A stretch of 63,311 nt of DNA, filler included, from Intoshia linei (Eukaryota; Animalia; Orthonectida): the NCBI GenBank assembly GCA_001642005.1. It is 6 parts of 6 records of this genome, joined end to end, with 100 filler letters (N's around TTAATTAATTAA, not from the genome) between each part and the next. Parts side by side here need not be neighbours in the genome. Positions count along the whole stretch, not along the records: positions 10,906 to 13,527 come from LWCA01002265.1; positions 13,628 to 35,062 come from LWCA01000647.1; 4 more parts are not named here. One strand, 5' to 3'. The position numbers and the translations under genes were made by a program. The notes beneath the pieces were generated by a model, which saw only the letters and a program-made list of their open reading frames with translations, did not search any database and was not told where the DNA came from. Shown piece by piece: positions 13,415 to 27,838 of this stretch (the first letter of the stretch is position 1; each line of letters begins with the position of its first letter).

Positions 13415-14949
13415 TGCGACTATAAGTACGTTATTTTAATTTTAACGTTGTTTTAACAAATAATTGGTGTAGTAATCAGTAATTGCTAAAATTAAAATAT
13501 TATAAAATATTAAAAATATATATTTATNNNNNNNNNNNNNNNNNNNNNNNNNNNNNNNNNNNNNNNNNNNNTTAATTAATTAANNNNNNNNNNNNNNNNN
13601 NNNNNNNNNNNNNNNNNNNNNNNNNNNACATGTGACATTGTATTTATATTTTAATTTTCAAGTAAATTTAAAATTTAAGTTGGATTTTCAATTAATTTAT
13701 TTTTTTGGTATAATAAAGATGTGCTCTCGGCAGAGCTAGGTTCTGTTTGTACGTAGTACATTACAGTCAATCTAGTATTTTATATATTTTTAAATGATAA
13801 TTTTGGGTTTTCACAAATGGTATTAGAAATCCGTTGATGAATATACTCAATGTTATCTATATTCACATTAAAAAGCTGAGGGCTCGTACCCACATAATCT
13901 GTCAAAATTGGATTACAGTATTCATTTTTGGTTCTAATTCACGCTACTCCCCAAAAATACAAAAGTCAACATTTTTATTACCTTAACTTTTGTGTTTTGG
14001 AAAGATATTATCATACACGACCCATGAATTATTCCGTGTTAAATAAATATGGACACACAAAATAGGTCGAGAATTCCTCGTTTAAATTTAAAAAAATGGT
14101 ATATATGAAAATTGCTAAAACCGGCAATGTATAATCTTCCAAAATCGTAAAACATGTTAAAAGGGCATAGACCTCTATTTTTAAATATTCAAAATTTGGG
14201 TAGCAATAAAACAAACCATAGGATTCAATTTATGAGATTTTCACCCATATTTCTTTATTGAAAATGTGGAGACGTTCAATGCACATTTTTTTTGAAATTA
14301 TAGGATGCATATTTTTAATTTTAAAAGTCATTTTTCATCGGGAATGCGTATATATCTAGGGTTGATATTTTGTATCTATATCAAGTGGAATAAGCTGTAC
14401 CAGCATAATCTCTTTTTTTAATTATAGACAGTAATACATTTTTTTTATTATTAATTGCGTTTTTTGCATTAGACTAATCAGTTTTTATTTATTTTGTGAC
14501 GGAATTTCGGTCTTTTTTAAAATTTAAATATCTACAAGTATACTTTTATATTATACTCAATAAACAAATTGGACAATCTGCATAATAAAAATAAAACTTA
14601 AAAATAAAAAATTTTAATGTATCTATAAACCATTTATAGTAATCTCGTATTTTTTTGAAAATATAACGTAACTGAACGAATTATATAATTCATAAATTTT
14701 GGACATTATTTTAAATAATATAGAAGTCTTTTATAGTTGCATAATAAAAATTACGGGGTATATACTGGTTTTCAATTTTCCAATCACACTCTTAACATAA
14801 GTTAAGGTAACAAAAGGAAAGAATCGCGTTTAATTTGTGAAAATTGACTCAAAAATACTATGAAAATTATATTTTATGTTTAATTTTTTATTATCACATA
14901 TTATTAACATTTTCATTATTAAAAAGGTTCAGTATCAAGTTAAATATTA

Positions 14950-16152
14950 TTTTTACTTATATAATATGCTATGCAATATTTGTTTGTTTGTCTGCGTGTT
15001 ACCGTTTATTTTAATAACTATCAGTCTTAGAATTTTATATAGTCCACAATTCAATTACAGTTTTTCCAGGGGTGTTAGCAAAATAAATTTCAACCTCCCA
15101 AACTCACATCTTATAAATCAAAAAGCCTAATTGTTCTTTTTTTGAAAATCAAACAAGTTCGAAAATTTAAAAAAATATATACTTTGATACGGATTTTAAA
15201 ATAATAAATAATATTGTAAATTCAAATTTAAACAAAATATATCTTCAAGGCCAAAATCCCAAATTACTCTATATTTTAATGAAAACAGCGCTAGAATTTA
15301 AAAAAATTTACAGGTGGTACAGTTGTATTTTGTTAACACACATAAAAATTTTAATCTGATGCCTTCACGATTAATAAAGCATTTTAGTATCCATATATTT
15401 TTTTTCCGAAATAATTAAACTGTCCGAATATTTAAAAAAAAAGATTATTCTGATAGAGCTTATTCCAGTTAATATATATACAAAATTTCAACCCCAGAAA
15501 TCTACGCATTCCCGGTGAAAAATAAGTTTTAATATATTATCAACCAATATTTTTGAAATATTTCGATTAAAATAAAAATTGAACATGTAAATATTGATCT
15601 TACAATTTCAAAAAAAATATTCATTAAACGTCTACACATTTCCAATAAAGAAATATGAGTGAAAATCTATATAATTCATTTCTTTGGAATTATTTTTATT
15701 GCTACGCAATTTTTCAATCTCAAATTCGCATTTTCAAAACATTCTGTTTGAAATTTAAATTAAAACTACAACAACGAATTACTAAAAGTAATACACATTT
15801 GTTATTATCATTTTTATATTTATTGCAATCCTTTGCAATTTATATTTAATATTATATACACGTTCTATCTAATAAATTAAAAAAATAGGATAACAATTTT
15901 TTTTTAAAATTCTTTATACAAATGTTAACAAAACAAAATTAATATAAAATAATTTAATTTAAAGTAAAAAGTAGGTTGATATGACGCTTCCACGTCAAAC
16001 AAGTTTGGGAACCACTTCTTTAAATAATTGATAATAATGAATGTAGGATTTTAAGTTAGATTTTCAACGTGAATTTATTTTTTGGTAGAATAAAAATGTA
16101 CCCTCGGCAGAGTTAGGTGCTGTTTGTACGTAGTACATAACATTCAACCTAG
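14950..16152 (+). mobile_element. Non-autonomous Helitron-like element, internally deleted (~1.2 kb)
   Basis: 5' end (t)tttacttatataatatgct..tgtttgtttgtctg; 3' hairpin followed by CTAG at 16149-16152 and then T. No TSD or TIR. Confidence 0.8.
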
Positions 16153-17930
16153 TATCTGTATATGTAAGGATTAAATTTAAATAGTACAATCTACAATAAT
16201 AAATGGAAAGCAAACTGTAATATAATAACGTTGCACAGTAAACATTGATTTAATTTAATTCCGACTTTTTATTTTATTTAAATTTCTCTTAAGTGGTGAT
16301 ATAATTATATCATCTGTATTAGAAGGGTATTTTTTTACAAGTGATATACAGTATATCATATACTGTATTTGAAAATGACGATTCATTTAGAGATCAATTT
16401 ATAAATATAAAGTTGTATGATTATAATAAGATAGATATTATAAAAATTATTATATAGAATAGATAATATTAAAAATTTAATGATTAATTATGATATCAAG
16501 TCAAAATTTCCATATTATTAAATAATCGATGCATTTTAAATAGATATGTCATTTTATATATTTAATCATATGCATCATATGTATAAGACAAAAATGAATC
16601 TAATTTAAATTTTCGTGGCTACATATGTATTAATATTATAATATTATAATACATTATAAATATTCAAAAGTTGTCGTCACAATAATTATATTCCCAAGAG
16701 ACATTGAATCTAATTAAAAATTTAGATGCATATAATTCGTAATGTATTTATGTATCTAAAACGACTAAATATCATAATTATTAAAATAATTAAAGGATTT
16801 CCTATCAGTTTCGAATATAACATACCCGAGATTGCTCGTCCGGGTTCGACACAATTTTTGTAAAATGGCGGATTAATTTTTCCAAATTGAGCATTAAAAA
16901 ATTTATTCTTGAATATCATAACTATTTTGTAATTAAATTTAAAATGTCGAGTCAATAACACTAGAGAGGTAGGTATGGCTAGACCTGTTCATGATTTGGT
17001 TTGGTTCAGAACCATAAACCATTTAATCGGTTTACTAGCTGGTTTAACCATTTATTAAATTTATTCATAGATAACATTTAAGAAAAATAATTAAATTATA
17101 ATCGTTAACAATTTAAGTCTTTGAAATTAATTAATTTAATTAATTTAATTCAAAATTTTGACAATTCGATTAGGGATTATTTTTTGATTGTATTAAATTT
17201 AAATGTTATTAAATTTGTTGACAAATGTACTAAATTATGTCACAAAAATTAATAGTAATATTTATTTGTAAGTTTTTAGTAGAGTAATTATAAATACACA
17301 ACTCCCATCAATTGTCCCTATAATGTAATTTATCTTTTATAAAAATATTTGTATACTGTTAAAAAGGTTCGACAAAATTTTTTGTATTGAACCACTGCTC
17401 TATAAAATGGATGTCTTCAAAAAGTATCATTAAAATTTTAACTTGAATTTTATTGATACTTTTTTCAAATTTAACATTTAAAAATTTGTATATTTTTCAA
17501 TATCATAAATAGAGCCGAATCTACCGTACTCCAATAACTTTGGAGAGGTTACTAGGGGCTATATGACACTACGCATCGTTTGTGAAAATATTTTTTATTT
17601 GAAGTGGCCTCGGGCTTGGTACGCTCGTCTCTGATCATAATCGTCAAGTGGCCTCTTTGTAGAACATTGCCTTTAGAGAAGGATCATGCTTCAACATTAC
17701 GCATAGTTTGCAAATTGCAACAATAACTACAATGTATACTAGGGATGTGAATTTCAGTAGTGTTTTAAAAATTTTATGGTGAAGGAACGGATAAAGTTGC
17801 GTATGACAGTTTTATGACTACACTGAAAAAAATGATTTTGGAGAATTGTTTGCTGAGACGCTTGCCATTTTAAAAATTTCATACAAAAATGTTCTACAAA
17901 AACTAAAATATAACTTTATTTACTGGAATG

Positions 17931-18198
17931 TTATGATGAGAAGATACTGTAGCTATGTTTTGAGTGGTCTTGTGTTGATTTTCATGTTTGGTTGTTCCCT
18001 TTGCATCTTTAAATTCAATTTTACCTCATTTATTTTTGTTTTTAGAGAAAAATTTTATAAATTTATAAGAATTTTAAACATCGATAAAATAAAAAGTAAA
18101 CGAAGTAGATCTGAATTTAAACATGTAAAGTAAACAACCAAACACGACGATTAACACAAGACCACTCAAAACATAGCTACAGTATCTTCTCATCATAA
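17931..18198. repeat. Foldback inverted repeat (perfect 46-bp outer arms, ~90 bp imperfect)
   Basis: ttatgatgagaagatactgtagctatgttttgagtggtcttgtgtt pairs with aacacaagaccactcaaaacatagctacagtatcttctcatcataa. Confidence 0.9.
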
Positions 18199-20068
18199 AC
18201 AAATGTGAAACAATGTATACAATCAATCACAAAAATAACTATTAATTGTATAATTATAATTTCAGCTCATTTTGTTTAATTTTAAATTTTAACTCTAAAT
18301 TGTCATGTTGGAATAATTATAATTTTATGCGGCACTGATAATTATAATTATTTATCAAGTTGTTACTGTTATAGGCCAGCTTTACAACTCATTTGTGATT
18401 AAAATAAGAATTTAACAGTGCCATTATTGTCATATCAATAAAAGTATATTATCTATTAGATTAGAGTCAAATGAAAAGGAATCTCAAAATATAAAATAAA
18501 TATTCATCTTTTAAATTGATTTAATAAGATACATCGTACATATTCTAGAAGTAACAAAATACAACGGTAACTTTAAAGTTTAAACTAAATTATCTTATAC
18601 AAAGTTACATATTGTTTTATTATGTTAAAAATATTATAAATGACTTTACATAAAAATTATAAATGTAAGAATTAAAATGTGCCATATTAAAAACAATTGA
18701 TTTTAAAATACAAAGTATTTTTTTGTTGAAATTTCAATGAAATGATTAAATAAAAATAAACAGCTAAAGGGATTGTGATCACTGATCATAGACGAGTGAT
18801 CACAATATTCATTATATTAAACTTGATATGTGTAACACATAATGAACATTATGTGCTGTACGAACCTATATTAGTAATTGAAACATGTACGATTAACCCA
18901 AATACATATCGATATTTAATTAGAATAATTAAGACAAATTTTCTTTAGCGTCTATTACACATATCGATATAGTTGGTAGACAAAATTTGCATTACAGGTT
19001 TTTTATAATAATAATAAAAGTGTACACTGTACCAAGTCCATTGTACATTAATACATTGTATAACTTGAGATTTAAAATGAAGAAAAGTTTGAATTATTGT
19101 TCTACATTATTTTGTTTTGATAAATTGGAGATATTGACAAGGGCACATGAATGAATTAAACTAAATTATCTATATATAGATTAGTTTATCAGTTGTAAAT
19201 GGTATAAAATTGTATCAATTGATAATTGTTAGACACGAGTTACGCAAGTGAATATACATATAAGAAATTAAATACTGAAACGCGACATAATCTGGAATTA
19301 ATAGCATGAATTGATTCAAAATAGAAACTCTAGCCGGTTCAGAAAATATTATTTTACAGTAATAACTGATCAAATTTCTCATTAAATTTACATACTATCA
19401 TTTTCATGAAAAACGAAGGCTAAAAAAATTAATGTATATTTCATGTTAATAGTTTCAAAAGAGAATTGTTATTTTTTAGTAATCGATATATTGATTGTCT
19501 AAATTTTGAGGGGCCTAATTGACACTGCGGTTTTTATTATGACAAATCTAATCGATACTTGGTAAACAATAATAAAAGATAACATACTAGCATTATAATT
19601 TTATTTTCTAGTGCCAAGACTTATTTATGTGGGATGCAAATGAATGTTGAGTGAATGTCTAATGTTTACTGTAGACTGGGACAAGATTTTATTCTTTACA
19701 TCCCACATTTCAATTAGTTGTACAGAATTAAGTTTTTTTTCGATTAAATATAGTGATCAATAAATTATTTTACATGTTACATATCGCATTTGTAGACAGA
19801 TAAGAGTTTCTGAAACACTAATATATTCCACATCACATTTTATATAATGTGAATCAAGAGAGAATAGCAATACATAATAAATAGTACGTTCAATTCTACT
19901 TTTACAGTTTTGTTTATTAATTTTACTTGATATAAACTATTTATTCGCCATCAGATTTCATTTATTCAAAAATCTTATTTTACCACGTAATAAAAGTGAA
20001 TATAAACAAATTTATATTGTACATGTTTACATTTAAATTTTTATAAAAACTAATCTTACTTTTATAGT

Positions 20069-23000
20069 TCAAATACTACAAAACCGCCCATACCGAATAT
20101 ATCTATTGATAATACATGTACGAACCAAAAATTCAAACTACAACTCAATTTTACGAACATTGTAATTTATAACGTAAACTTTTCATTTTAAAATAAAAAA
20201 AGGTTTAATTTTTTAATCACGTTTAAACATAATAAAATTTGTATCTTTCCATACTATATTTTGATTATATTTATTGTTATTTTAAAATAATTTTAATTAC
20301 AAATAAAATCAATTGCACCTGTATATAATCTATACTTTCTGACTGAGATTCGACTTTAATTATTGAAATTAATAAATACTATTCGTTTAATAATTTCACA
20401 ATTACTATTTATTATAAATTTTTATCAGTTAAATTAAGAATTCTAGTTCAAACTCCAGTATTAATAAAAATATGATACTACAGAAAAATTTTAAACATAC
20501 AAGGATATAGTTGTTCAATGTACATAGTTGTAATAGTATTTCAATATTTAAGTATTTCGAGTAGACTAATCTAGTTTCAGATAATTTAAATTTAAACTCA
20601 TAATCAATGAATTTTATTATCAGTGTATTAAAGCTGACTGAAAATTGGAAAATTATACAATGTTTATTATAGATTGGTGATTGTGAGTTACGCATAAATA
20701 ATATATACAAAGGCATTTAACTACTGGTCGTATTTGAGGATTTATATTTATTTTCGAAAATTCACATAAAAGTAATCAAGATTGAGTTTAATGGTAAAAA
20801 AAGTAAATTTAATAATAAAATGTTTTAATTAGTTTTGTCAAAGCACACTTTCCCCAATTCAACTCAAAATATTAAATAGTACATTAATTTTAAATTTTTA
20901 AAGTCAATTTTAATAAAATTCAAATTTTAGGTACAAATAATAAAAATATCGATATATCAGAAAATTCTTTTCAAGTAGACAAGGAAAGTTCTCTACTAAC
21001 TACAAATGAAAGTTCTCTAATCGATCTTAATGAAAGTCTAGATTTTGAAAATGATGAAAAAGAAACAGAAATTAATGATATTGACAGTACACCGATGCAA
21101 GCACAAGCAACCATCAATTATTTAAAAACTACAAATGATAATGAAGAAAATATTAAAAGAATAGAAATAGCTGAAACATATTCAAATGGTATTCCAGTAA
21201 AATTTATTTATCTTGCTATAGATAAAAATTTGCCTCAAAATCAATCTATAAATATTACACATTGTAAAGTTAAAACTGAATTAGAAACTGAACTTGAACT
21301 TGAAACAGAAAACTCAACTTTAAATGTTGATTCCACATTAGAAATTAATAATTTAAATAATTTTGATACAATTAGTTGTGACGAAAAAAAAGTGAATGAT
21401 AAAATACAACAATTGGAGGACAGTGAACGCTGTTCACAGGATAAAAACGACATGAAAATTGTTAATAAAATATGTAAAAATATTAAAATGATAGAAAAGG
21501 CTGATGAAACTAAATCTAAAACTGAAATTACTACTGAACCATCAAATAAATTTAACAAAAAACAAGAAAAATGTGATATAAATTTCAATGATAAAAAAAT
21601 ATATGTTATGTACAAAAATTTAAATGTAAAATATTTTGATAAATCATCGTCACAAGAATGCAAAAAAAAAATTTGCATAAAAAAAGATCGAATAGAATGT
21701 GATAAAATTCAATCTTCAAATAGAAAACGTCGTTATAAGGATACAACACAAAATGATGAAAAACTTTTAAAAACTGTTATTGAAATTATAGGAGAACAAA
21801 TGAAAAAAGAATTGGGTTCGTCAGTTTCAACCAAAAAATCTAATTTAAAAAAAAACGTGACACAAAAAAATATCATTTCAAATAAAATTAATCATAAAAT
21901 TTGTAAAAATTTTTCCTCTGATAATATAACCATTTTAACTGAAAATAGAGAACCAAGGATTAATATCAAACCTGTTAAAGCTGTTCACAAGTATGTTAAT
22001 ACTAGCATCATTTCAAATTCAAAAACTTTAAAATTGACTAAAAATAAATTGTTACAATCGGAACAGCATATAAGTTTTATACCTGTTACAAATATGAAAC
22101 AAATTGAATGGACTAATAAACAAATTGTAGATACTAAACACAATATTCCTCCTTTGGATAATCTCAATTTTAATAAAAATAATGATTCTATCTTATCAAA
22201 GCAAAAAAGTATGTTTTTATCATAATTTAGTTTTTAATTTCATTTTCCATCTTTTGGGATATATACTTCGACACCAAGCGTGGCCACTTAAAATTAAAAA
22301 TAAGCCTTGTAATTTCCTCGAACGATGCGTATGACAATCTGTCATATATCCCTAGCCACTTCTCCAAGGATCAGAAACTTGACTTGCCATTTTTAATAGT
22401 TATGATATTCAAGAATATAATTTTTTTTATTAACTGGAGATTAACTAATTTTTTTTAAATTCTAGGACTATTTATATTTTTTAAAATGAGATATTTGGGG
22501 TTGTGGCTCTGAAGATATACCTTTTAAAAATTATGATAATGTTCATGATTTTAAAATTTGTGTCAGTGTATATTTTTTTAATTTTCACATTAAAAGAAAG
22601 AAGGATATTGGGGTTTTTAACCGGTAAGATGTAAGTTTCTGAGATTGAAATTTATCTTACTTTTCCATGGAAAAACTTTATTATTAGAAATATGGAATTT
22701 TTAAAATTCTAGGACTTCGGTATTCAAATTAACGATAAGAGACCAACAAAGAGTTTATATAATTTTGTATTGTGTGTTAGATGTGAATAAAAAATTAATC
22801 ACACGGAGCCATCTGCACAGTTTGAACTCATAGGAACATTTGGACATGAATTAGAATCACTGGATTATTTTATTATAAAAAATTTTTGCCTTTTTGTATT
22901 GATAAATTGTGACTAATTTACATTTTTATATAGTTTTAATTTATGATTATGATTTTGTTTGTTGTAGGATTTTTATTTTTAATGTGGTATTAATTAAACT

Positions 23001-26000
23001 CTTTATATGGAAATAGCTTATATATTAAGACTATGTAATACATAATATTGATGAAATTAATTTGCTTCTTATAGTACATTCTATATTCTAAGTCTTAGAA
23101 TCAAAGAAGTAATATTATGTATATTGTGTTTATCCAGATTAGCCAAGTATTCGTTACCCGTTGATCCGATTATTGACATTTATTTAATTGTATACCGCTG
23201 TGACGTTTTGATTAGAATCTTGGCTTTTGATACAATTATGACAATTCTTTAGTGTTTGATCGCTTGTTTTTTATTTTTGTACCATTTATTATTTTTTCAT
23301 TGTACCGTTATTAACGGATAGTTAACATAATATATACAATGTACATAATAATTATAATTAGTATTGGCACTGTTAATTGAAATCAATAATCGTTAGTAAG
23401 TTTAATTTTTGAGAAATCGGTATTGGAAGTATTAAAATTTTGTGGATTTCATGACGTTACTGAAATATTCAATAATCCTTAATTATATAAAGTAAAATGG
23501 TCACATATGTTGTCTAATTATTTATTTGTTCCAGTTTATTTAAGAAAGTAAGGGGAATGCAATTTTAAAAATTCTATATTTCTATAACAGTTTTTCCAGA
23601 GTGATGTTTTATCGCAAATTTCAATTTCAGAAATAGAGTCCTTCAAGGTTAAAAACCCAAATTGTCGTTTGTTTTTAAATTCAAACCACTCCTAGAATTA
23701 TAAAAAATACATACTCTAATACAGTGTTTCTCAACCTTTTTTACTGCGTGGAACCCTTATGAAATTTCAAAAAATCGCGGCACCTAAAAGCATGATCAAA
23801 AATTTTTTTTTCGCATGTTGCATATATAAAACAATTTGATTTTTAATTAAAAATTACCCTTTTAATATTGAAAACATAAATTTTTTAATAAAGAAATTTA
23901 TATTTTCTTCTCAATGAGAATGGTCCTTAAAATATATCTAAGAGCTTTTTCATTTCAATTTTCTTATAACTTTCTAATTAAAAAAAAATCTATTTTATTT
24001 ATATTTGGAAAACTTCTTCGCCACTAAAATTCAAATACTCATAATTTCCCGGGAAACCCCTAATCATACCCTCCTCGAGATATGATTATCAGTGGTGGAT
24101 GTTACACTTATAAGTAACATCCTAAATTTTTTCAAGTCCTTTTTTTGAAGAGTTAATAACGCTCTTTGCCAAGATCCCCATCTCCCCAGAAGGAGTAAGG
24201 AACACACGGAATTTAGCCGGTAAAATCAGTTGACTCCCTCACACTACAAAGAAGCATCCAGGCCCGTGAGAGATAACTTTTTAGTTAAATATCATTATAA
24301 AGAGGTAAGTAACTTATTTAAATTATTTCAAGAGAGTTGGGCCAGTAAAAACCCACCTTCTTTACAATATTTCTCATAAAGATAATCTGAATTATTACTT
24401 TTGAACATCATTTTTCAGGTTCCCATACTCACAACGTATAATACTTTTTTGATTTAAATTTCAAAATGATGTTTCATTGCATACAACAGTAATTTAGAAA
24501 AACTTTAAATTGAAAAATATTGCATTTATATTTCACGGAACACGGGTTGAGAACCACTGCTCTAATAAAAAGTTTTAAATTCATCAATATTATGATAATT
24601 TGTAATTTCAAAATCTTATATCTTCACGGTCAAAACCACAAATTACATTTTTTTGTAAAAATTAAAAAAGTCTTATAATTTTATAAATTCTGGAATGATT
24701 TTTGAATTCATAAGCATTATCATAAATGGTAACCTCAAAAAAGGTAATTTTCACGGTCAAAAACCAGATTACCCTTTTTTTAAGAATAAAAAAACCCTAG
24801 AATTTTTTAAAAATTACGGATGAAAGTTTTATCCAGTTAACACACACAAAAAATTTCAATCTGATTAAGTGACGTCTTCATGGTTAAAAAAACACTTTAG
24901 TATTCATTTTCTAATTATATTATTTTATTTTATAACAAAAAATTTAAAATAATTAACGGTCATACAATTAAAAAAAGATTATTCTGATACAACTTATTCC
25001 AGTTGATATAAATACAAAAATTTAAATCCAGAAATCTACGCATTCCCAGTGAAAAATAATTTTTAATATATTATCAACCAAATTTTTCAAATCTTGGATT
25101 AAAATTAGAAATGAAAAAGTAAATAGTCATCCTACAATTTCAAAAAAATGTGCATTGAATGTCTATACATTTCCAATAAAGAAATATGGGTGGAAATCTA
25201 TATACAGTCAAAATCTCATTTAACGAAAATGGGAAAACGTTAAAATGGCACATTCATTAAATGAATTTAACGAAAATATTAGAAATGTAAAAATAACCAT
25301 AGATCACGATCAATTTATTTATATTGACCCATAATATTAACAGAGTTTATCAATTTTTCGACGTTCGTTAAATGAAATATTCGTTAAACAAAACATTTGT
25401 TAAATGAGATTTTGACTGTAATTGATTCCTTCAAGTTTTTTTCATTGCTACGCTATTTTCGATTCTCAAATTTTCATTTTTAAAACATTTTCGTTTAAAT
25501 TAAAGTGATAAGAAAAAATATGTACTATCAATTTTAGTTTATTTGGTGTTAAATGTAAAGCCAAAACTACTTATCCATGATGACGAATAAAAATTTTCGG
25601 CTTAAATTTTAAGTTAAAATTTATTCCAAATAAACTAAAAGTGATAGTACGTATTTTTCTGGCCACTTTATTTAAAATTAAAAAATTTTAATTAAAACTA
25701 CAACAACGAAATACTAAAAGTACAACTTTGTTATCATTTTTATATTTATTACAATGCTAAGCAATTGTATTGAATTGAATATAAATTGTAATTGTATTGA
25801 GTTTTACAAATTCCATATTCTTATAACAGTTTTTCCAGAGTAATGTTTTATCGCAAATTTTATTTTAAGGAATTGAGTCTTACAATGCCAAAAACCACAA
25901 TTGTTTTTTGTTTTGAATAAAAACAAGTCCTACAATTATAAAAAATATAAAATCAGATCAATATTTTCAACATCAAGATTATGATTATTTTCAATTTTAA

Positions 26001-27753
26001 AATCTTACATCTTTACGGCCAAAACTACAAATTAACCTTTTTTGTAAAAGTGAAAAAAATTTTATAATTTTATACAATAAATTCTGGAATATTTTTTCAA
26101 ATCATCAGCATTATCATAAATGACAACCTCAAAAAAGATAATTTTCACGATCAAAACTACAGATTACTATGATTTTTAAATGAAAACTGCCTTATAATTT
26201 AAAAAAAATTACAAATGGTTCAGTTGTATCCTGTTAACACACACAAAAATTTCAATCTGAATAAGTGACACCTTTACGTTCAAAAAAGCACTTTAGTATT
26301 ATTTTTTTTATTTCGAAACTATTTTATTAAAACAAAAATTTGAAATAATTAACTGTCCCACAATTAAGAAAAAAAATTATTCTGAAACTCCTTATTCCAG
26401 TTGATATAAATATAACATTTCAATTTCAGTAATCTACGCATTCCCGGTGAAAAATAATTTTTAATATTACAAATTTATTTATTATGTATCAATCAATATT
26501 TTTTAAATGTTGGATTAATGTAATCTTGTAGATATCATTGAATCACTGAATGACAATATTCAAAAACCTGAATTTAAAAAGAAAAATCGTAACAATCATA
26601 GATGTATAAAATCGCATCTATCTCAAGCGAATCACCCAATACAAAATGTAAATATTAATTCTAAGCCCGTTTACACGACCAATGCAAAAATAGAAACAGA
26701 TAATTATTGCACTTCAGATTCAATATATACTAGTCAAAATGATGAAAAATTTGATCCGGTAGAATATGAAAAGTCAAAATATTACCAACAATACGGTGAA
26801 TATAACCAGAACGCTGGTGTATCAAATATATCTACACCTGCAAAATATGATCAATCCGATAATCATAATTCTAATATAAATCAGTCAAATAATGCATGCG
26901 TTATATCACTTTTAAATTCAACTCTAAATTCGAACGAATGCAGAAATGGCAATCAATTTTCGGAATTTAACTCTATAAATTATAGAAAAAGTTATAATCC
27001 TAATTGGTCTCAAAACTATTATGATAATAATTCAAATTTGAATTTATCCAATCCACAAAAGTAAACTTTGACGAAATTTTAAATTTATTAATAATCAATT
27101 TTAGTCTCTATCAAGTAAACAATGAATACATATATACCGGTTCAAGTACCCAAAAATATCCGAATAATCAGAGTAATTCAGTTCAAAATTGCGTTGAAGG
27201 TAATATCTTGAATATATTTATATATATACTTTATTATAATATTTTTCATATTAACTGTAAAAAAATTTAAGCTGAAATGTCTAATATTCAAAACTCTCAA
27301 AACTTTGCTTATCCTCAAAATGAATACGTAATTATATAATTTATAAATGTTAAATATATTATAGGAACAAAACCATTATACTCAAAATTATGTAAATCAA
27401 ACCAATATATATAATCATCATAATTCTAATCATTACATATCGGTATACTGTGTTTTTTTTAATGTTACAAATGTTTAGGACAAACAAAAGTCAAAAATTA
27501 AAACCGTTATTGCAAATTCATCCCCAAGTCAAGTATAAACTTTTTTTCAAAAATTAATTATTTATAGCATCAAATTCCATATAAAGACAATTATGTGGAT
27601 GTTTACGAATGCAAAGTTTGTGGAAAGTAATTTATTGAATTTAAAATTATTATTATTATACGTATTAATAATGTATTTATTAGATCATTTAAAAAGATTA
27701 AATCCAGAAATGCACACATGAAAATACATAAAAATCAAGATAAAAAGTCTTGA
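20069..27753 (+). CDS. TRERF1/ZNF541/MIDEAS-like C2H2 zinc-finger protein (spliced; 5' end uncertain)
   Basis: Large exon ~20931-22208 splices in frame to 26532-27060, followed by several short exons. The last two exons give YECKVCGK|SFKKIKSRNAHMKIHKNQDKKS* (TGA at 27751-27753), matching the KIKSRNAHMK finger of this family. Confidence 0.7.
22250..22390 (-). pseudogene. Decayed Ran fragment (intronic, antisense)
   Basis: QVKFLILGE...IVIRIVRGNYKAY..VATLGVEVY. VATLGVEV (22264-22287) is identical to Ran switch I. A related nucleotide copy lies at ~17535-17625 (+). Confidence 0.7.
23722..24559. mobile_element. hAT non-autonomous element with 8-bp TSD CTCTAATA
   Basis: TIRs cagtgtttctcaacc / ggttgagaaccactg; ctctaata at 23714-23721 and 24560-24567. 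Confidence 0.9.
25205..25418. mobile_element. Tc1/mariner (pogo/Tigger-like) MITE with TA TSD
   Basis: TA|cagtcaaaatctcatttaac ... gttaaatgagattttgactg|TA. Confidence 0.9.
25503..25668. mobile_element. MITE; second copy at ~54643-54801
   Basis: Inverted arms of ~45 bp and a shared core aaatgtaaagccaaaactacttat..atgatgacgaataaaaattttcggcttaaa. Confidence 0.8.
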
Positions 27754-27838
27754 TAAATCAAATTTTAATTTTAATGGGTCATATTTGTGACAAATGTGTT
27801 ATATTGTTTTTGTTTATATTATAAATAAATGTTCATTT

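Larger units (their letters stand above)
23515..26520 (+). mobile_element. Composite Helitron-family segments with nested hAT and Tc1-type MITEs in the zinc-finger gene intron
   Basis: Two related blocks (23515-25790 and 25800-26520) share cttattccagttgatataaat...atctacgcattccc(g/a)gtgaaaaataa with the other family copies. Confidence 0.7.

Noticed and set aside
234-14200. Ran-like fragments as 3' transduction cargo of the Helitron family
   Set aside because: Several lie next to Helitron 3' ends, but relative orientation and distance are inconsistent, and the Helitron copies are far less diverged.
21241-22167. Minus-strand ORFs 21241-21678 and 21985-22167 (also 27829-28320, 31464-31685 and 41535-41831 on the plus strand)
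   Set aside because: These are antisense shadows of real exons or of the transposase ORF.
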